Part shown: positions 1 to 11,641 of the stretch, piece after piece
Numbering within the stretch: the first letter of the stretch is position 1
How the letters are laid out: every line of letters begins with the position of its first letter
Assembly: GCA_033853925.1 (NCBI GenBank)
Contig: JAWOLC010000052.1
Span: 20 to 64,019, forward strand
Source: Candidatus Eiseniibacteriota bacterium
GTDB lineage: Bacteria > Eisenbacteria > RBG-16-71-46
Reading direction: 5' to 3'
Length of the DNA stretch: 64,000 nt
Translations under genes and position numbers: made by a program
The notes under the pieces: model-generated
Databases searched by the model: none
Told to the model about the DNA's origin: nothing
What the model saw: the letters and a program-made list of their open reading frames with translations, nothing else

Positions 1-98
1 CGGCCGGCACCCCGGCGGGGACCGCGGGAGGCCGCCCCCGCGGGCAAGCGAGCCGAACATTTTTCGCCGGTTGTGCCCGCGCCGCGCCGCTCTTTCGG

Positions 99-128
99 TT
101 GTTCGGCGATTCGCCAGCGGACTATACT
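99..128 (+). promoter_or_regulatory. Candidate sigma70-like promoter: -35 TTGTTC (99-104), 18-nt spacer, -10 TATACT (123-128)
   Basis: Hexamers read directly in the sequence; about 55 nt upstream of a GGAGG SD and ATG 189. Confidence 0.35.
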
Positions 129-188
129 GCCTCGGTCACTTGCCCCGCGGCGCAGCCGCAGGTATCGCAGTCAGGAGGTGACCCACCC

Positions 189-1402
189 ATGGGCCTCAGC
201 CAGCTGGCACAGTCCATCGCCGAATCGCCCACCCTCAAGCTGAACGAGGAGGCCCGCATCATGCGGGAGAAGGGCGAGGCCGTCATTCACCTCGGCATCG
301 GCGAGCCCAAGAACAAGACCCCGATCAACGCGATCCTCTCCTCGGCGGTGCGCCTCAGCTCAGGCGAGGTCAAGTACGCGCCCACGGACGGCATGCCCTC
401 CCTCAAGAAGGCGATCATCCGCTACACGGAGGAGAGCTACGACAAGGTGGTGGCCCCGGAGAACATCATCGTCTCCTCGGGGGCGAAGCAGGCCATCTAC
501 AACGTCCTCTTCACCCTGCTGAACCCGCAGGACGAGGTCATCATCCTGGCGCCGTTCTGGGTGAGCTATCCCGAGATCGTGCGCATGTGCTACGGGGTGC
601 CGGTGGTGGTCACCCCGGAGGACGGGACCTTCCACCCCCGCATGGCCGACATCCAGCGCGCCGTCTCCTCCCACACCAAGGCGATCATCTGCAACAGCCC
701 GAACAACCCCTCGGGCGCGGTGTTCGCCGACGCCTTCATCGAAGAGCTGGTCCGCTTCTGCGAGCGCAAGGGCATCTACGTGATCATGGACGACATCTAC
801 CACAAGCTCGTCTTCGACGGACGCCGGCCGGCTCCCGCCTACCGCTTCACCGACAAGGACCTCGAGAGCAGCCGGGTGATCGTGGTGAACGGCGTGTCGA
901 AGCTCTACGGCATGACCGGCTTCCGCATCGGCTGGGTCGTGGCCAGCCGCAAGCACGTCGAGGTCATGCTCAACGTCCAGGCGCAGACGACCTCCTGCGC
1001 CTCCCCCGCCATGCAGGCGGGAGCCGAAGGCGCCCTCAACGGGCTGCAGAGCACGGTCGAGGCCCTTCGCCTCACCATCCAGAACAATCGGGACGTGATG
1101 ATGCAGGAGCTGGTGTCCTTCACCGGCGTCAAGTGCCCGAAGCCGGAGGGCACGTTCTACTGCCTGCCCGACTTCAGCGCCTACATGAAGGACTCGGTGA
1201 AGCTCTCCGAGCTCCTGCTCAAGAAGGCCCTGGTGGTGACGGTGCCGGGCCGCGAGTTCGGGATGGAGGGTCATCTCCGGCTCTCCTACGCGGGCACCGT
1301 CAAGGACGTCACCGAGGGAGTCGCCCGCATGAAGTGGGCGCTGGACCCGAACTCGCCCTCCGAGATCTACATCGGCGACCGGAAGTGCGTGAGGGACTGG
1401 AT

Positions 1403-1406
<4 letters not shown>
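189..1406 (+). CDS. Class-I PLP-dependent aminotransferase (aspartate/aromatic aminotransferase family)
   Basis: ORF 99..1406; internal ATG at 189 preceded by GGAGG; fold motifs NSPNNPSG and SKxxGMTGxRIGW (PLP lysine); the TTG start at 99 sits inside the promoter-like sequence. Confidence 0.85.
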
Positions 1407-3076
<1,670 letters not shown>

Positions 3077-3101
3077 GGCGGCTTCGCTCGCTGGCGCACG
3101 C

Positions 3102-3126
3102 GCCCCGCCGGCTCTCCCGGCGGGGC
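3102..3126 (+). terminator. Perfect 10-bp GC hairpin (GCCCCGCCGG-ctctc-CCGGCGGGGC) downstream of pckA
   Basis: Inverted repeat read in sequence 26 nt after the pckA stop; no U-tract. Confidence 0.4.
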
Positions 3127-3200
3127 GTCGGCGCAGGGTGTCGCCGGCGGGGCCCGGTCCCCTTCACCGCACCCGGCCGCGCGGGCTATTCTGCGCCGTC

Positions 3201-4592
3201 ATGACCCGGCCACGCCGCCCCCTGCCCCTCTTCCTCGCGCTCGCCACGCTGCTCGCCCTCGCCGCTCCGGCGGCCAGGGCGGCCCCCCGGCCGGAGGCGG
3301 GCGCCGCCCGCCCGCGCAGCGTCGTGTTCCTGATCCCCGACGGCTGCGGCCCTGCCGCCATCACCCTCGCCCGCCTGCTGGCCGGACATCCCCTGGCGCT
3401 CGACAGCCTGCTCGTGGGGGCCGTGGAGACGCAGTCGGCCGATTCGCACGTCACCGATTCCGCGGCGGGCGCGACCGCCTACGCCACCGGGGTCAGGACC
3501 GACAACCGCAAGCTGGGCGTGGATCCCGCGGGCCGGCCGCTGGGCACCCTGCTCGAGGCGGCCGCGGCGCGGGGGCTGGCGACAGGCCTCGTGACCACGG
3601 CGCCGCTCACCGATGCGACGCCGGCGGCGTTCGCCGCGCACGTGACGCGGCGCACCCAGGAGGACGACATCGCGGCCCAGATGCTCGCCCATCGCGTGGA
3701 CGTGCTGCTCGGCGGCGGGGCCCGTCACTGGCGGCCGCAGGCGGCGGGCGGGGCCCGGCGCGACGGCCGCGACCTGCTCGCCGAGGCGCGCCGCGCGGGC
3801 ACGCAGGTCGTGACCACGCGGCACGAGCTGGCCGGGGCCCACGCCGCTCCCCTGCTCGGGCTCTTCGGCCGCCGGCAGATCGACTTCGAGGCCGACCGCG
3901 ACACCTCGCTCGAGCCCTCCCTCGACGAGCTGGCGGCGAAGGCCCTCGAGCTGCTCGGCGCGCGTCCGGGCGGCTTCTTCCTCCTGGTCGAGGGCGGGCG
4001 CATCGACGACGCGGCGCACGAGAACGACCCCGCCACCCTGGCCCGCGAGGTGCTGGCCTACGATCGCGCCCTCGCCCGCGTGCTGGCCTTCGCCCGGCGC
4101 GACGGCCGCACCCTGGTGGTCTCGGCCGCCGATCACGAGACCGGCGGGCTGGGCCTGGGCCTGCGCACCGGGTACGACAGCCCCTACGCCGTCCACCCCG
4201 AGTCGCTCCGGGCCGCGACCCGCTCGCTGGGGCGCATGGCCGACTCGATACTCGGCGGCGCCGAGCCCGCCGGCGTGGCCGAGCGCGGCACGGGGGTAGC
4301 GGCGCTCGACGGCGACGAGCGGGCCGCGCTTCGCCGCGCGGCCGCCGCCCCCGACTCGCTCGCGCGCGACGAGCTGCTGGAGGCGCTGAGCGGCATCGAG
4401 AGCCGCCGCGCGCGCCTGGGTTGGAGCACTGGCGGCCACACCGGCACCGACGTGGGGCTCTACGCCTTCGGGCCGGGGCGCGAGCGCTTCGTCGGGGTGC
4501 ACGTGAACACCGAGGTCGCGCACTTGATCGCCGCGCTCCTCGGCCTCGATCTCGAGGCCGAGACGGCGCGGCTGAGACACGGGAGCCCATGA
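3201..4592 (+). CDS. Alkaline phosphatase (PhoA family), secreted
   Basis: ORF 3138..4592; start MTRPRRPLPLFLALATLLALAAPAARA is a signal peptide; motifs DSAAGATAYATG and HETGGL. Confidence 0.8.
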   Translation: MTRPRRPLPLFLALATLLALAAPAARAAPRPEAGAARPRSVVFLIPDGCGPAAITLARLLAGHPLALDSLLVGAVETQSADSHVTDSAAGATAYATGVRTDNRKLGVDPAGRPLGTLLEAAAARGLATGLVTTAPLTDATPAAFAAHVTRRTQEDDIAAQMLAHRVDVLLGGGARHWRPQAAGGARRDGRDLLAEARRAGTQVVTTRHELAGAHAAPLLGLFGRRQIDFEADRDTSLEPSLDELAAKALELLGARPGGFFLLVEGGRIDDAAHENDPATLAREVLAYDRALARVLAFARRDGRTLVVSAADHETGGLGLGLRTGYDSPYAVHPESLRAATRSLGRMADSILGGAEPAGVAERGTGVAALDGDERAALRRAAAAPDSLARDELLEALSGIESRRARLGWSTGGHTGTDVGLYAFGPGRERFVGVHVNTEVAHLIAALLGLDLEAETARLRHGSP

Positions 4593-5989
4593 CCATGCCC
4601 GCCCGCCGCCCATCCACCACCCGCAAGCGCCGGAGCGCCGCGCGCAGGCCGCCCGAGCACGGCTACGGCCGCCAGGCCACGGCCATCGAGGAGCGTTACG
4701 CCCCGAGCACCGTGCTCGTGCACGGCAAGTTCCATTCGCGCCACTGGAACTACTCCGACCACATCGTGCCGCCCATCTCGGCCTCGGCGGCCTACCGCCT
4801 GGAGAGCGCCGGTCGCGGCGCCGAAGGGTTCCTCGAGTTCGCGAACCCCGAGTTCAACCGCACCCAGCGCGCCCCGATCTACATCTACGACCGGCTCGAC
4901 GAGCCCACCCGCGGGATGCTCGAGGAGAGCCTCGCCCTGGCGGAGGGAGGCGAGCGGGCGCTCTGCTTCGCCACCGGCATGGCGGCCATCGCGGCGGCGC
5001 TGGGCGTGCTCCTGCGCGCCGGCGATCGGGTGGTGGCGCACCGCACCCTCTACGGCTGCACCTATTCCCTGTTCGCCAACTGGTACCCGCGCTACGGCAT
5101 CGAGGTGGACCTCGTGGACTTCCGTGACCGGGCGGCGCTGCGCCGGGCGCTGGAGCCCGGCAACGTGATGGCCGCGTACTTCGAGACGCCGGCCAACCCG
5201 ACGCTCGACCTGGTCGACATCCGCGCCGTGGTGGAGGAGGTGCGGCGCGCCAACGCGCGGCGGGCCGCCTTGAAAGGCGGGCGAAAGCACCGTCGCATCT
5301 TCACGGTCGTGGACAACACCTTCGCCACGCCGCTCTGCCAGCGGCCGCTCGGGCTCGGCGTGGACCTCGTTGTCCACAGCCTCACCAAGAACCTCGGCGG
5401 CTTCGGCACGGACATGGGCGGGGCCGTCGTGGGCCCGCGCCTGCTGGAGCCCGACCTGCTCCTCTTCCGCAAGGACTACGGCGCGCCGCTCGCGCCCAAG
5501 AGCGCCTGGCCGGTGCTGGCCTGCGGGCTGCCCTCCCTCCACCTGCGCGTCCAGGCCCAGCAGGCCGCGGCCCTGGCCGTGGCCCGCTTCCTCGAGCGGC
5601 ACCCCAAGGTGGCGCGCGTCTCCTACCCCGGGCTGCCCTCGCATCCCGACCACGCGCTGGCGCGGCGGCAGATGCGCGACCCCGAGGGCCGCTTCGCTCC
5701 CGGCACGCTCGTCTACTTCGTCCTCCGGGGCGACCCGGCCCGGGCGCGGCGCCGCGGCGCGCGCCTGATGGACCATCTCGCCCGGCGCTCGCTGGCGATC
5801 ACGCTGGCGGTGAGCCTGGGACAGGTGCGCACGCTGATCGAGCATCCGGCCTCGATGACCCACGCGCCCATCCCGCCGGAGGAGCAGAAGCGGGCGGGCA
5901 TCGAGCCGGGAGGCGTGCGCATCTCGCTGGGCGTCGAGAGCGTGGCCGACGTGATCGGCGATCTGCGCGAGGCGCTGGCGCGGGCGTAG
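4589..5989 (+). CDS. Cys/Met-metabolism PLP-dependent enzyme (methionine gamma-lyase / cystathionine gamma-synthase / O-acylhomoserine sulfhydrylase family)
   Basis: ORF 4421..5989, start MTMPARR with ATGA overlap on the upstream stop; VVDNTFATP and SLTKNLGG (PLP lysine) motifs; Arg-rich N-terminal extension and a basic insertion. Confidence 0.8.
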   Translation: MTMPARRPSTTRKRRSAARRPPEHGYGRQATAIEERYAPSTVLVHGKFHSRHWNYSDHIVPPISASAAYRLESAGRGAEGFLEFANPEFNRTQRAPIYIYDRLDEPTRGMLEESLALAEGGERALCFATGMAAIAAALGVLLRAGDRVVAHRTLYGCTYSLFANWYPRYGIEVDLVDFRDRAALRRALEPGNVMAAYFETPANPTLDLVDIRAVVEEVRRANARRAALKGGRKHRRIFTVVDNTFATPLCQRPLGLGVDLVVHSLTKNLGGFGTDMGGAVVGPRLLEPDLLLFRKDYGAPLAPKSAWPVLACGLPSLHLRVQAQQAAALAVARFLERHPKVARVSYPGLPSHPDHALARRQMRDPEGRFAPGTLVYFVLRGDPARARRRGARLMDHLARRSLAITLAVSLGQVRTLIEHPASMTHAPIPPEEQKRAGIEPGGVRISLGVESVADVIGDLREALARA

Positions 5990-6091
5990 CCCGGGCGCGG
6001 CGCCGAGATTCTCGGAACGGGCCCGGCCTGCTATCGTGACGGCGGCCGCGCCGGCGCCCGAGCCGGGCTTCCCGCGACCAGGAGGGTGACG

Positions 6092-6541
6092 ATGGGTACG
6101 AACTGGAACTGGTTGCTCGTGATCCTCGGCGCGGTGCTGATCCTGATCGAGGTCGCGGCCGGCGGCTTCGCCGGCTTCGATCTCGTCCTGATCGGCTCGT
6201 CCTTCGTGCTGGGCGGCGCGCTGGGGCTGCTCTTCGGCAGCGCCGAGGCCGGCTTCATCACGGCGGCCGTGCTGTGCGTGCTCTACATCGCCGTCGGGCG
6301 CCGCTGGGTGCGAGTCCGCCTGCGCCGGCCGAAGGTCCCGACCAACATCGACGCCCTGATCGGCCAGCGGGCGCTAGTGACGCAGGACCTGTCGGAGCAC
6401 CAGGCCGGCCAGGTGCGCGTACGTGACGAGGTCTGGCGGGCGCGCCCGGCAGCCGGCGAGCAGGGCGCGATCGCGAACGGAACCGAGGTGCTGGTGGAGG
6501 GCGTGGACGGCGTCACGCTCCTCGTACGGAGGGCTTCCTGA
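6092..6541 (+). CDS. NfeD-like membrane protein (stomatin-operon partner)
   Basis: ORF 6086..6541; N-terminal transmembrane helices plus a C-terminal OB-fold-like tail; GGAGGG SD 6 nt before ATG 6092; TGATG overlap with the next gene. Confidence 0.75.
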   Translation: MGTNWNWLLVILGAVLILIEVAAGGFAGFDLVLIGSSFVLGGALGLLFGSAEAGFITAAVLCVLYIAVGRRWVRVRLRRPKVPTNIDALIGQRALVTQDLSEHQAGQVRVRDEVWRARPAAGEQGAIANGTEVLVEGVDGVTLLVRRAS

Positions 6542-7416
6542 TGGTCGCGCAGATCGGCTCCCTGCTCCTGATCCTCATCCTGCTCATCGTGCTCATCGCC
6601 CTGGCGCGGGCGGCACGCATCGTCTCGCAGTACGAGAAGGGCCTGGTCATGCGGCTCGGGCGCTACCGGGCGACGGCCGACTCGGGCCTCACCTTCCTCG
6701 TGCCCATGATCGAGGACATGGTCAAGGTGGACATGCGCGAGCGCGTGATCAACGTCGAGCCGCAGAAGGTCATCACCAAGGACAACGTGCTCGTCACCGT
6801 GGACGCCGTGATCTACTACCGGATCATCGACCCGGTGAAGGCCACGTTCGAGGTGCAGAACTTCGCCTACGCCGCCACCACGCTGGCGCAGACCAACCTC
6901 CGCAACCTGATCGGCGACAAGTCGCTCGACGACACGCTCACCGCGCGCGACATCATCAACCAGAACCTGCGGAACGTGCTGGACGAGGCCACGAACACCT
7001 GGGGCGTGAAGGTGACGCGGGTGGAGGTGCAGAAGATCGACCCGCCGGCCGACATCACCGAGGCCATGTCGCGGCAGATGAAGGCCGAGCGCGACAAGCG
7101 CGCCGCGATCCTCGAGGCCGAAGGCGTCAAGCAGTCGCAGATCCTCCAGGCCGAGGGCATCAAGCAGTCCGAGATCCTGAGGGCCGAGGGCGACGCCCAG
7201 GCCCGGGTCACCCGCGCCACCGCCGAGGCCAAGGCCATCGAGATGGTGTCCAACGCGGCCGAGTCCTTCTTCAAGGAGCGCGCCGAGATGAGCAAGAAGC
7301 TCGACGTGCTGAACACGGTGCTGGCGGGCCAGACCAAGTTCATCGTCCCGGCCGGCTCGGACCTGGTGAACGTGCTGGGCCTGGACGACAAGAGCGTGGT
7401 GCCGGTGAAGCGATAG
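6541..7416 (+). CDS. SPFH/band-7 (stomatin/prohibitin-like) protein
   Basis: ORF 6541..7416; N-terminal transmembrane helix, SPFH core, C-terminal coiled-coil Ala/Glu-rich region. Confidence 0.9.
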   Translation: MVAQIGSLLLILILLIVLIALARAARIVSQYEKGLVMRLGRYRATADSGLTFLVPMIEDMVKVDMRERVINVEPQKVITKDNVLVTVDAVIYYRIIDPVKATFEVQNFAYAATTLAQTNLRNLIGDKSLDDTLTARDIINQNLRNVLDEATNTWGVKVTRVEVQKIDPPADITEAMSRQMKAERDKRAAILEAEGVKQSQILQAEGIKQSEILRAEGDAQARVTRATAEAKAIEMVSNAAESFFKERAEMSKKLDVLNTVLAGQTKFIVPAGSDLVNVLGLDDKSVVPVKR

Positions 7417-7439
7417 GCGCGACCGGCTTCGATCCCAAC

Positions 7440-7477
7440 GCGCGTCCCCGGGGTCCGCGAGGGCTCCGGGGACGCGC
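7440..7477 (+). terminator. 12-bp inverted repeat GCGCGTCCCCGG...CCGGGGACGCGC downstream of the SPFH gene
   Basis: Perfect arms read in sequence, 14-nt loop, no U-tract. Confidence 0.35.
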
Positions 7478-7678
7478 CCGTTGAGATGCGCGCCTCGCGT
7501 CCCGACCGCGGCTCCACGGAGCGATTCCCGCCCCGCGGACCGGCCACGGAGGGAGGCGTCCCGCGCAACACCGTGGATGGCCGCCCGGCGCAACGATCGC
7601 TTCGCGCGCGGTGACGCGCGGGGTATCATCGCGCTGCCGTTCCCCAGGGCCGGCCACGGTCGGATTCCGGAGTCCCCC

Positions 7679-7894
7679 ATGAGCCGCCGTCTCGTCGTTC
7701 TCGCCTCGTCGGTGGCGCTCGCCGCGCTGCCGCTCGTCTCCCTCCTCACGCCCACGGCCCACGCCAGGGCGTGGGCGAAATGGGCGCCAGCGCCGCTGGC
7801 CTCGGACAGCTCGTACCTGGCAGCGGGAATGGTCGGGGCAGTCGCGGCGTTCCTGGTGGTCGCCAGCCTGTTCGGCAGCATCAAGACGCCCTGA
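7679..7894 (+). CDS. Hypothetical small (72 aa) protein with signal-peptide-like N-terminus and a C-terminal hydrophobic segment
   Basis: Internal ATG of ORF 7481..7894; high GC3; no family recognised. Confidence 0.3.
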   Translation: MSRRLVVLASSVALAALPLVSLLTPTAHARAWAKWAPAPLASDSSYLAAGMVGAVAAFLVVASLFGSIKTP

Positions 7895-7982
7895 CCTCTC
7901 TCCGCGAGCCGCGGCCTCGGGTCCACTGGCTCGCGCCACATGCCGCTTGCCCGCGCCGCGCCCCTCGCGCATCATGCCGGCC

Positions 7983-8753
7983 ATGAGTCCCGCGCCCCTC
8001 GGCAGCGTCCTGGTCACCGGCGCGGCGCGCCGCATCGGTCGCGCCATCGCCCTCGATCTCGCGCGCCGGGGCTGGGCGGTGGCCGTGCACTACCACCGCT
8101 CGGCCGACGAGGCGCGCGAGGTCACCGCCCTCGTCCAGCGGGAAGGCGGCCGCGCGGCGCTCGTCCAGGCGGATCTGGCCCGGGAAGCCGAGGTCGAGGC
8201 GCTGGTGCCGCAGGCGACGGCGGCCCTGGGCGCCCTCACCTGCCTCGTCAACAACGCCTCGACCTTCGAGCTGGACCAGGCCGACACGGTGACCCGCGCG
8301 TCCTGGGACGCGCACCTCGAGACGAACCTGCGCGCGCCCTTCGTGCTCACCCAGGCGTTCGCGCGCCAGCTCCCCGAGGACCGGCCGGGCAACGTCGTCA
8401 ACCTGCTCGACCAGCGGGTGTGGAACCTCACGCCCTACTTCATCTCCTACACGGTGAGCAAGACGGCGCTCTGGACCCTGACCCGGCAGCTCGCGCTGGC
8501 GCTCGCGCCCCGAGTCCGGGTGAACGCCATCGGGCCGGGGCCCGCCCTCAAGAGCCCGCGCCAAACCGAGGCCGACTTCCAGCGGCAGTGCGAGATGACG
8601 CCGCTCAGGCGCGGCACCTCCCCCGAGGAGATCTGTGCCGCCGTCCGCTTCATCCTCGACTCGCCCGCGCTCACGGGACAGATGATCGTCCTGGACGGCG
8701 GGCAGCATCTGGGCATGAAGCTGCCGCCGGGGGTGTCGCTGCCGCCGGAGTAG
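7983..8753 (+). CDS. Short-chain dehydrogenase/reductase, pteridine reductase (PTR1/FolM)-like
   Basis: ORF 7947..8753; VLVTGAARRIGRAIA...HYHRSA closely matches the PTR1/FolM N-terminus; YxxxK as YTVSK. Confidence 0.8.
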   Translation: MSPAPLGSVLVTGAARRIGRAIALDLARRGWAVAVHYHRSADEAREVTALVQREGGRAALVQADLAREAEVEALVPQATAALGALTCLVNNASTFELDQADTVTRASWDAHLETNLRAPFVLTQAFARQLPEDRPGNVVNLLDQRVWNLTPYFISYTVSKTALWTLTRQLALALAPRVRVNAIGPGPALKSPRQTEADFQRQCEMTPLRRGTSPEEICAAVRFILDSPALTGQMIVLDGGQHLGMKLPPGVSLPPE

Positions 8754-8762
8754 TCCCGCCCG

Positions 8763-9773
8763 CTAGCGAGCGGGCCGCGCCGGACCCTTGCCGGCGCCGG
8801 TGCGGGCGATGGCCGCGGCGATCTCGTCCAGCTCCGCCGGCGCGAGCGACAGGCTCGCGCCGCTCACCCAGCCGTCCACCTGCTCGGGCGAGCGCGCCCC
8901 CACGATCGCGCCGGTCACGCCCGGCCAGGACAGCACCCAGGCCACGGCCACCGCCGAGGTGCTCACTCCGTGCCGCCGGGCGAGCGGGCGCAGCGCGTCG
9001 CGCAGCGCCAGATTCCGCTCGAGCGCCGGCGAGCGGAACTGCGGCGACTGCCGGCGCCAGTCGTCGGCGGGAAAAGCCGCGGCGCGCGCGGCCGTGAAGC
9101 TCTCGGTCAGGAGGCCCGACTGCATCGGGCTGTAGCCGATCACCCCCGTCCCGTGCGCCGCGCACCAGGGAATCGTCTCGGCCGCGGCGTCGCGGCGAAT
9201 CAGCGAGAAGCCGGGCTGTAGCGAGTCCACGTGGCGCACCGCCTCGCAGCGCGCCAGGAGCCCCGAGTCGAAGTTGGACACGCCGATGGCGCGCACCTTC
9301 CCCCGCTCGACGAGGCGCTGCATCTCCGCCCACGACTCCTCGACGGGCGTGCCCACCGCGTCGGGCCAGTGGAACTGGTAGAGATCGATCCGCTCGAGGC
9401 CCAGCCGCCGCAGGGAGGCTTCGCACTCGGCGCGGATGGACTCCGGCTTCAGCACGCGCCGGGGCTCGGTCAGCGGCTGGCGCTCGTCCCAGATCAGGCC
9501 GCACTTGGTGAAGACGAGCGGGCGGTCGGCGGCCGGCAGCCGGGCGAGCAGACGCCCCACGACCTCCTCGGAATGGCCCAAGCCGTAGACCGCGGCGGTG
9601 TCGATCCAGTTGATGCCCAGCTCCAGCGCGTGCCGCAGCGCGGCGAGCGACTGCGCGTCGTCCTGCGGCCCCCAGCCGTAGGTCCAGCCGCCGCCGCCGA
9701 TGGCCCAGGCGCCGAAGCCGACGGGCGTGATCGCGAGCCCGCTCGTGCCGAGGGGCCGCGTGGGAAGGGTCAT
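8763..9773 (-). CDS. Aldo/keto reductase family oxidoreductase
   Basis: C-terminal 336 aa of ORF 8763..10163 from MTLPTRPLG; AKR motifs (GFGAW, IDTAAVYG, GVSNF); ATGA overlap with the upstream methyltransferase stop. Confidence 0.85.
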   Translation of the reverse strand: MTLPTRPLGTSGLAITPVGFGAWAIGGGGWTYGWGPQDDAQSLAALRHALELGINWIDTAAVYGLGHSEEVVGRLLARLPAADRPLVFTKCGLIWDERQPLTEPRRVLKPESIRAECEASLRRLGLERIDLYQFHWPDAVGTPVEESWAEMQRLVERGKVRAIGVSNFDSGLLARCEAVRHVDSLQPGFSLIRRDAAAETIPWCAAHGTGVIGYSPMQSGLLTESFTAARAAAFPADDWRRQSPQFRSPALERNLALRDALRPLARRHGVSTSAVAVAWVLSWPGVTGAIVGARSPEQVDGWVSGASLSLAPAELDEIAAAIARTGAGKGPARPAR

Positions 9774-10543
9774 GGCAGATCCTCCGCTGCTCGGCCTTGC
9801 CCCGCGAGCGGGGCGGGCGGCTGCCGCCTCGCTCGCCACCAGACCCCCGTGCACTCGGGGATGCGCGACCAGCCCTCCCGGCGCACGCGGGCCGCGAAGT
9901 CGTCGCCGAAGAAGAACGCGGTCGCCCGCGCCGCGGCCTCCGCGTCGGCGAAGGAGTAGTCGGTGCGGATGGCGAGGCTCCGCATGCCCTGCGCTTCCCC
10001 GAGCCAGGCGTAGTACTCGGCCAGCTCGCGCGTGGGCGGGGCCGGGCTCGTCTCGCCCGTGCCCAGCGTCTCGACGACGATCAGGGTCCCGCCCGGCCGC
10101 AGCGCCCGATCCATCTCGGCCAGGGCCGCGGCGACGGCCTCGAGCCAGGTCTCGTGCTCCCACGAGAGCAGATGCCCGAAGACCCAGCCGGCAATCGCCA
10201 CGTCGGCCCAGCCGGGGCGGAGCGGCAGCCGCCGCGCCTCCGCGCGCAGCAGCTCGCCCCCCGTCGAGGCGAGCCCGCGCAGGCGGCGGCGGGCCAGGGC
10301 GAGCATGGCGGGTCCCGGCTCGACGGCGACGACGCGCGCTCCCCGCGAGAGCACCAGCTCCGTGATCCGCCCGGTGCCCGCGCCGACCTCCAGGACGTGG
10401 GCCCCCGCCAGCGGCGCGACGGACTCCAGCGCCGGCAGCAGGCGCCCCTCGCAGTCCTCGGCGCGCACCAGCGCGTCGTAGGCGTCGGCCTGCTCCGCGT
10501 AGATCCGGCGGAAGTCGCGCGACGATCCTGCCACCGCGCTCAC
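9770..10543 (-). CDS. Class I SAM-dependent methyltransferase
   Basis: C-terminal part of ORF 9770..11320; probable GTG start at 10543 behind AGGCGAGG; motif LEVGAGTG; GTGA overlap with the folE stop. Confidence 0.75.
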   Translation of the reverse strand: MSAVAGSSRDFRRIYAEQADAYDALVRAEDCEGRLLPALESVAPLAGAHVLEVGAGTGRITELVLSRGARVVAVEPGPAMLALARRRLRGLASTGGELLRAEARRLPLRPGWADVAIAGWVFGHLLSWEHETWLEAVAAALAEMDRALRPGGTLIVVETLGTGETSPAPPTRELAEYYAWLGEAQGMRSLAIRTDYSFADAEAAARATAFFFGDDFAARVRREGWSRIPECTGVWWRARRQPPAPLAGQGRAAEDLP

Positions 10544-11178
10544 CTCGCCTGTGGGCTCCCGAGCCTGAGACGCTGGACCCAGGCGGGCTTCGACAGCAGC
10601 CCGCGCAGGGCGCGCGTCTCGAACCAGCCGCTCTTGCGCACGCCGCGCATCTCCATGCACAGGTGCCGACCCTCGAGCACGACCGCGAGTCCCCGGGGCG
10701 AGAGCAGGCGCTCGAGGTGATCCGCGACCTGGGCGGTGAGGCGCTCCTGGAGCTGCGGCCGCCGGGCGTAGAACTCGAGCACTCGGGCGACGCCGGAGAG
10801 CCCGATCAGCCGCTTCCCGGGTACGTAGGCCACGTGGGCCCGGCCAAAGAAGGGAACGAAGTGATGTACGCAGAGCGAGTAGAAGGGCAGATCGCGCACG
10901 ATCACGAGGTCGCCCACCCGCTCCCCCGTCTCGTGACCCGTCTGGCCGGCGGGGAAGGTGGCCGGCCGGGGCTCGGCGCCAGGGTCGAGGCCCGCGAAGA
11001 TCTCGGCGTAGAGGTCGGCGACGCGCTCGGGGGTCTGGAGCAGCTCGGGCTCGGCGGCGGGATCGAGGCCCAGGGCGGCGATCAGGGTCCCCACCGCCTG
11101 GCGGACGGCGCGGGGATCGGCGGGGCGGGGAGCGGGCGAGCCTGTCGAGGCGGGCCGCTTCCGGGGTCGCGGGGCCAT
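10540..11178 (-). CDS. folE: GTP cyclohydrolase I
   Basis: C-terminal 212 aa of ORF 10540..12111 from MAPRPRKRP; FYSLCVHHFVPFFGRAHVAY matches the FolE active-site region. Confidence 0.85.
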   Translation of the reverse strand: MAPRPRKRPASTGSPAPRPADPRAVRQAVGTLIAALGLDPAAEPELLQTPERVADLYAEIFAGLDPGAEPRPATFPAGQTGHETGERVGDLVIVRDLPFYSLCVHHFVPFFGRAHVAYVPGKRLIGLSGVARVLEFYARRPQLQERLTAQVADHLERLLSPRGLAVVLEGRHLCMEMRGVRKSGWFETRALRGLLSKPAWVQRLRLGSPQAR

Positions 11179-11275
11179 GGCTCCTCCCGGGGACGCCGCG
11201 AGACCGGCCGATCCGGGACCCGGCCTCGCGCCGCAGGGAACCCGGCTGCCGGAGCCTCGACCGGCCCCGCAAGTA

Positions 11276-11352
11276 TGGAGCGGAAGACGGGATTCGAACC
11301 CGCGACATCCACCTTGGCAAGGTGGCGCTCTACCGGGCTGAGCTACTTCCGC
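11276..11352 (-). tRNA. tRNA-Gly (anticodon GCC), CCA encoded
   Basis: Reverse complement reads GCGGAAGTAGCTCAGCCCGGTAGAGCGCCACCTTGCCAAGGTGG...GGGTTCGAATCCCGTCTTCCGCTCCA; 7-bp acceptor stem pairs perfectly; anticodon loop TTGCCAA. Confidence 0.85.
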
Positions 11353-11641
11353 TCGAAGGCCTTCAAGGGCGAGGGATAGTAGCGAGCCGGGCGCTAGAAC
11401 GTCAAGGCAACCCCGCGCGTGGTGGTGTCCGCGTAGGGCGCTACCCGGCGCGTCGCGCCTCGTCATCGGCCCGGCGCGCCTCCGCCCGCGTGGTGGCCGG
11501 CACCGCGCACGCATCCGCGCGAGCGCGGGCCACGTCGCTCGGCGCGGCCGACCGCCGTCGCGGCCGAGGCGGGGCGGGGCGAGAAGTCTTCTCGCGCCGC
11601 CCCGCGTGCACCCTCGGCCTCGAAGCCGTATAACTCCCGCG

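Noticed and set aside
6283-7941. 552-aa antisense ORF over the NfeD/SPFH genes; similar long alternative-frame ORFs include 42370..44613, 44809..47100, 50585..53194, 54463..56346, 55806..57665 and 57433..60435
   Set aside because: No domain signatures, extreme Arg/Pro/Gly bias, and each overlaps a gene with clear family motifs and proper SD/start context
11276-11352. tRNA-Gly as a possible genomic-island integration site
   Set aside because: No integrase, direct repeat of the tRNA 3' end, or compositional shift seen on either side; neighbouring folE operon has native-like GC3
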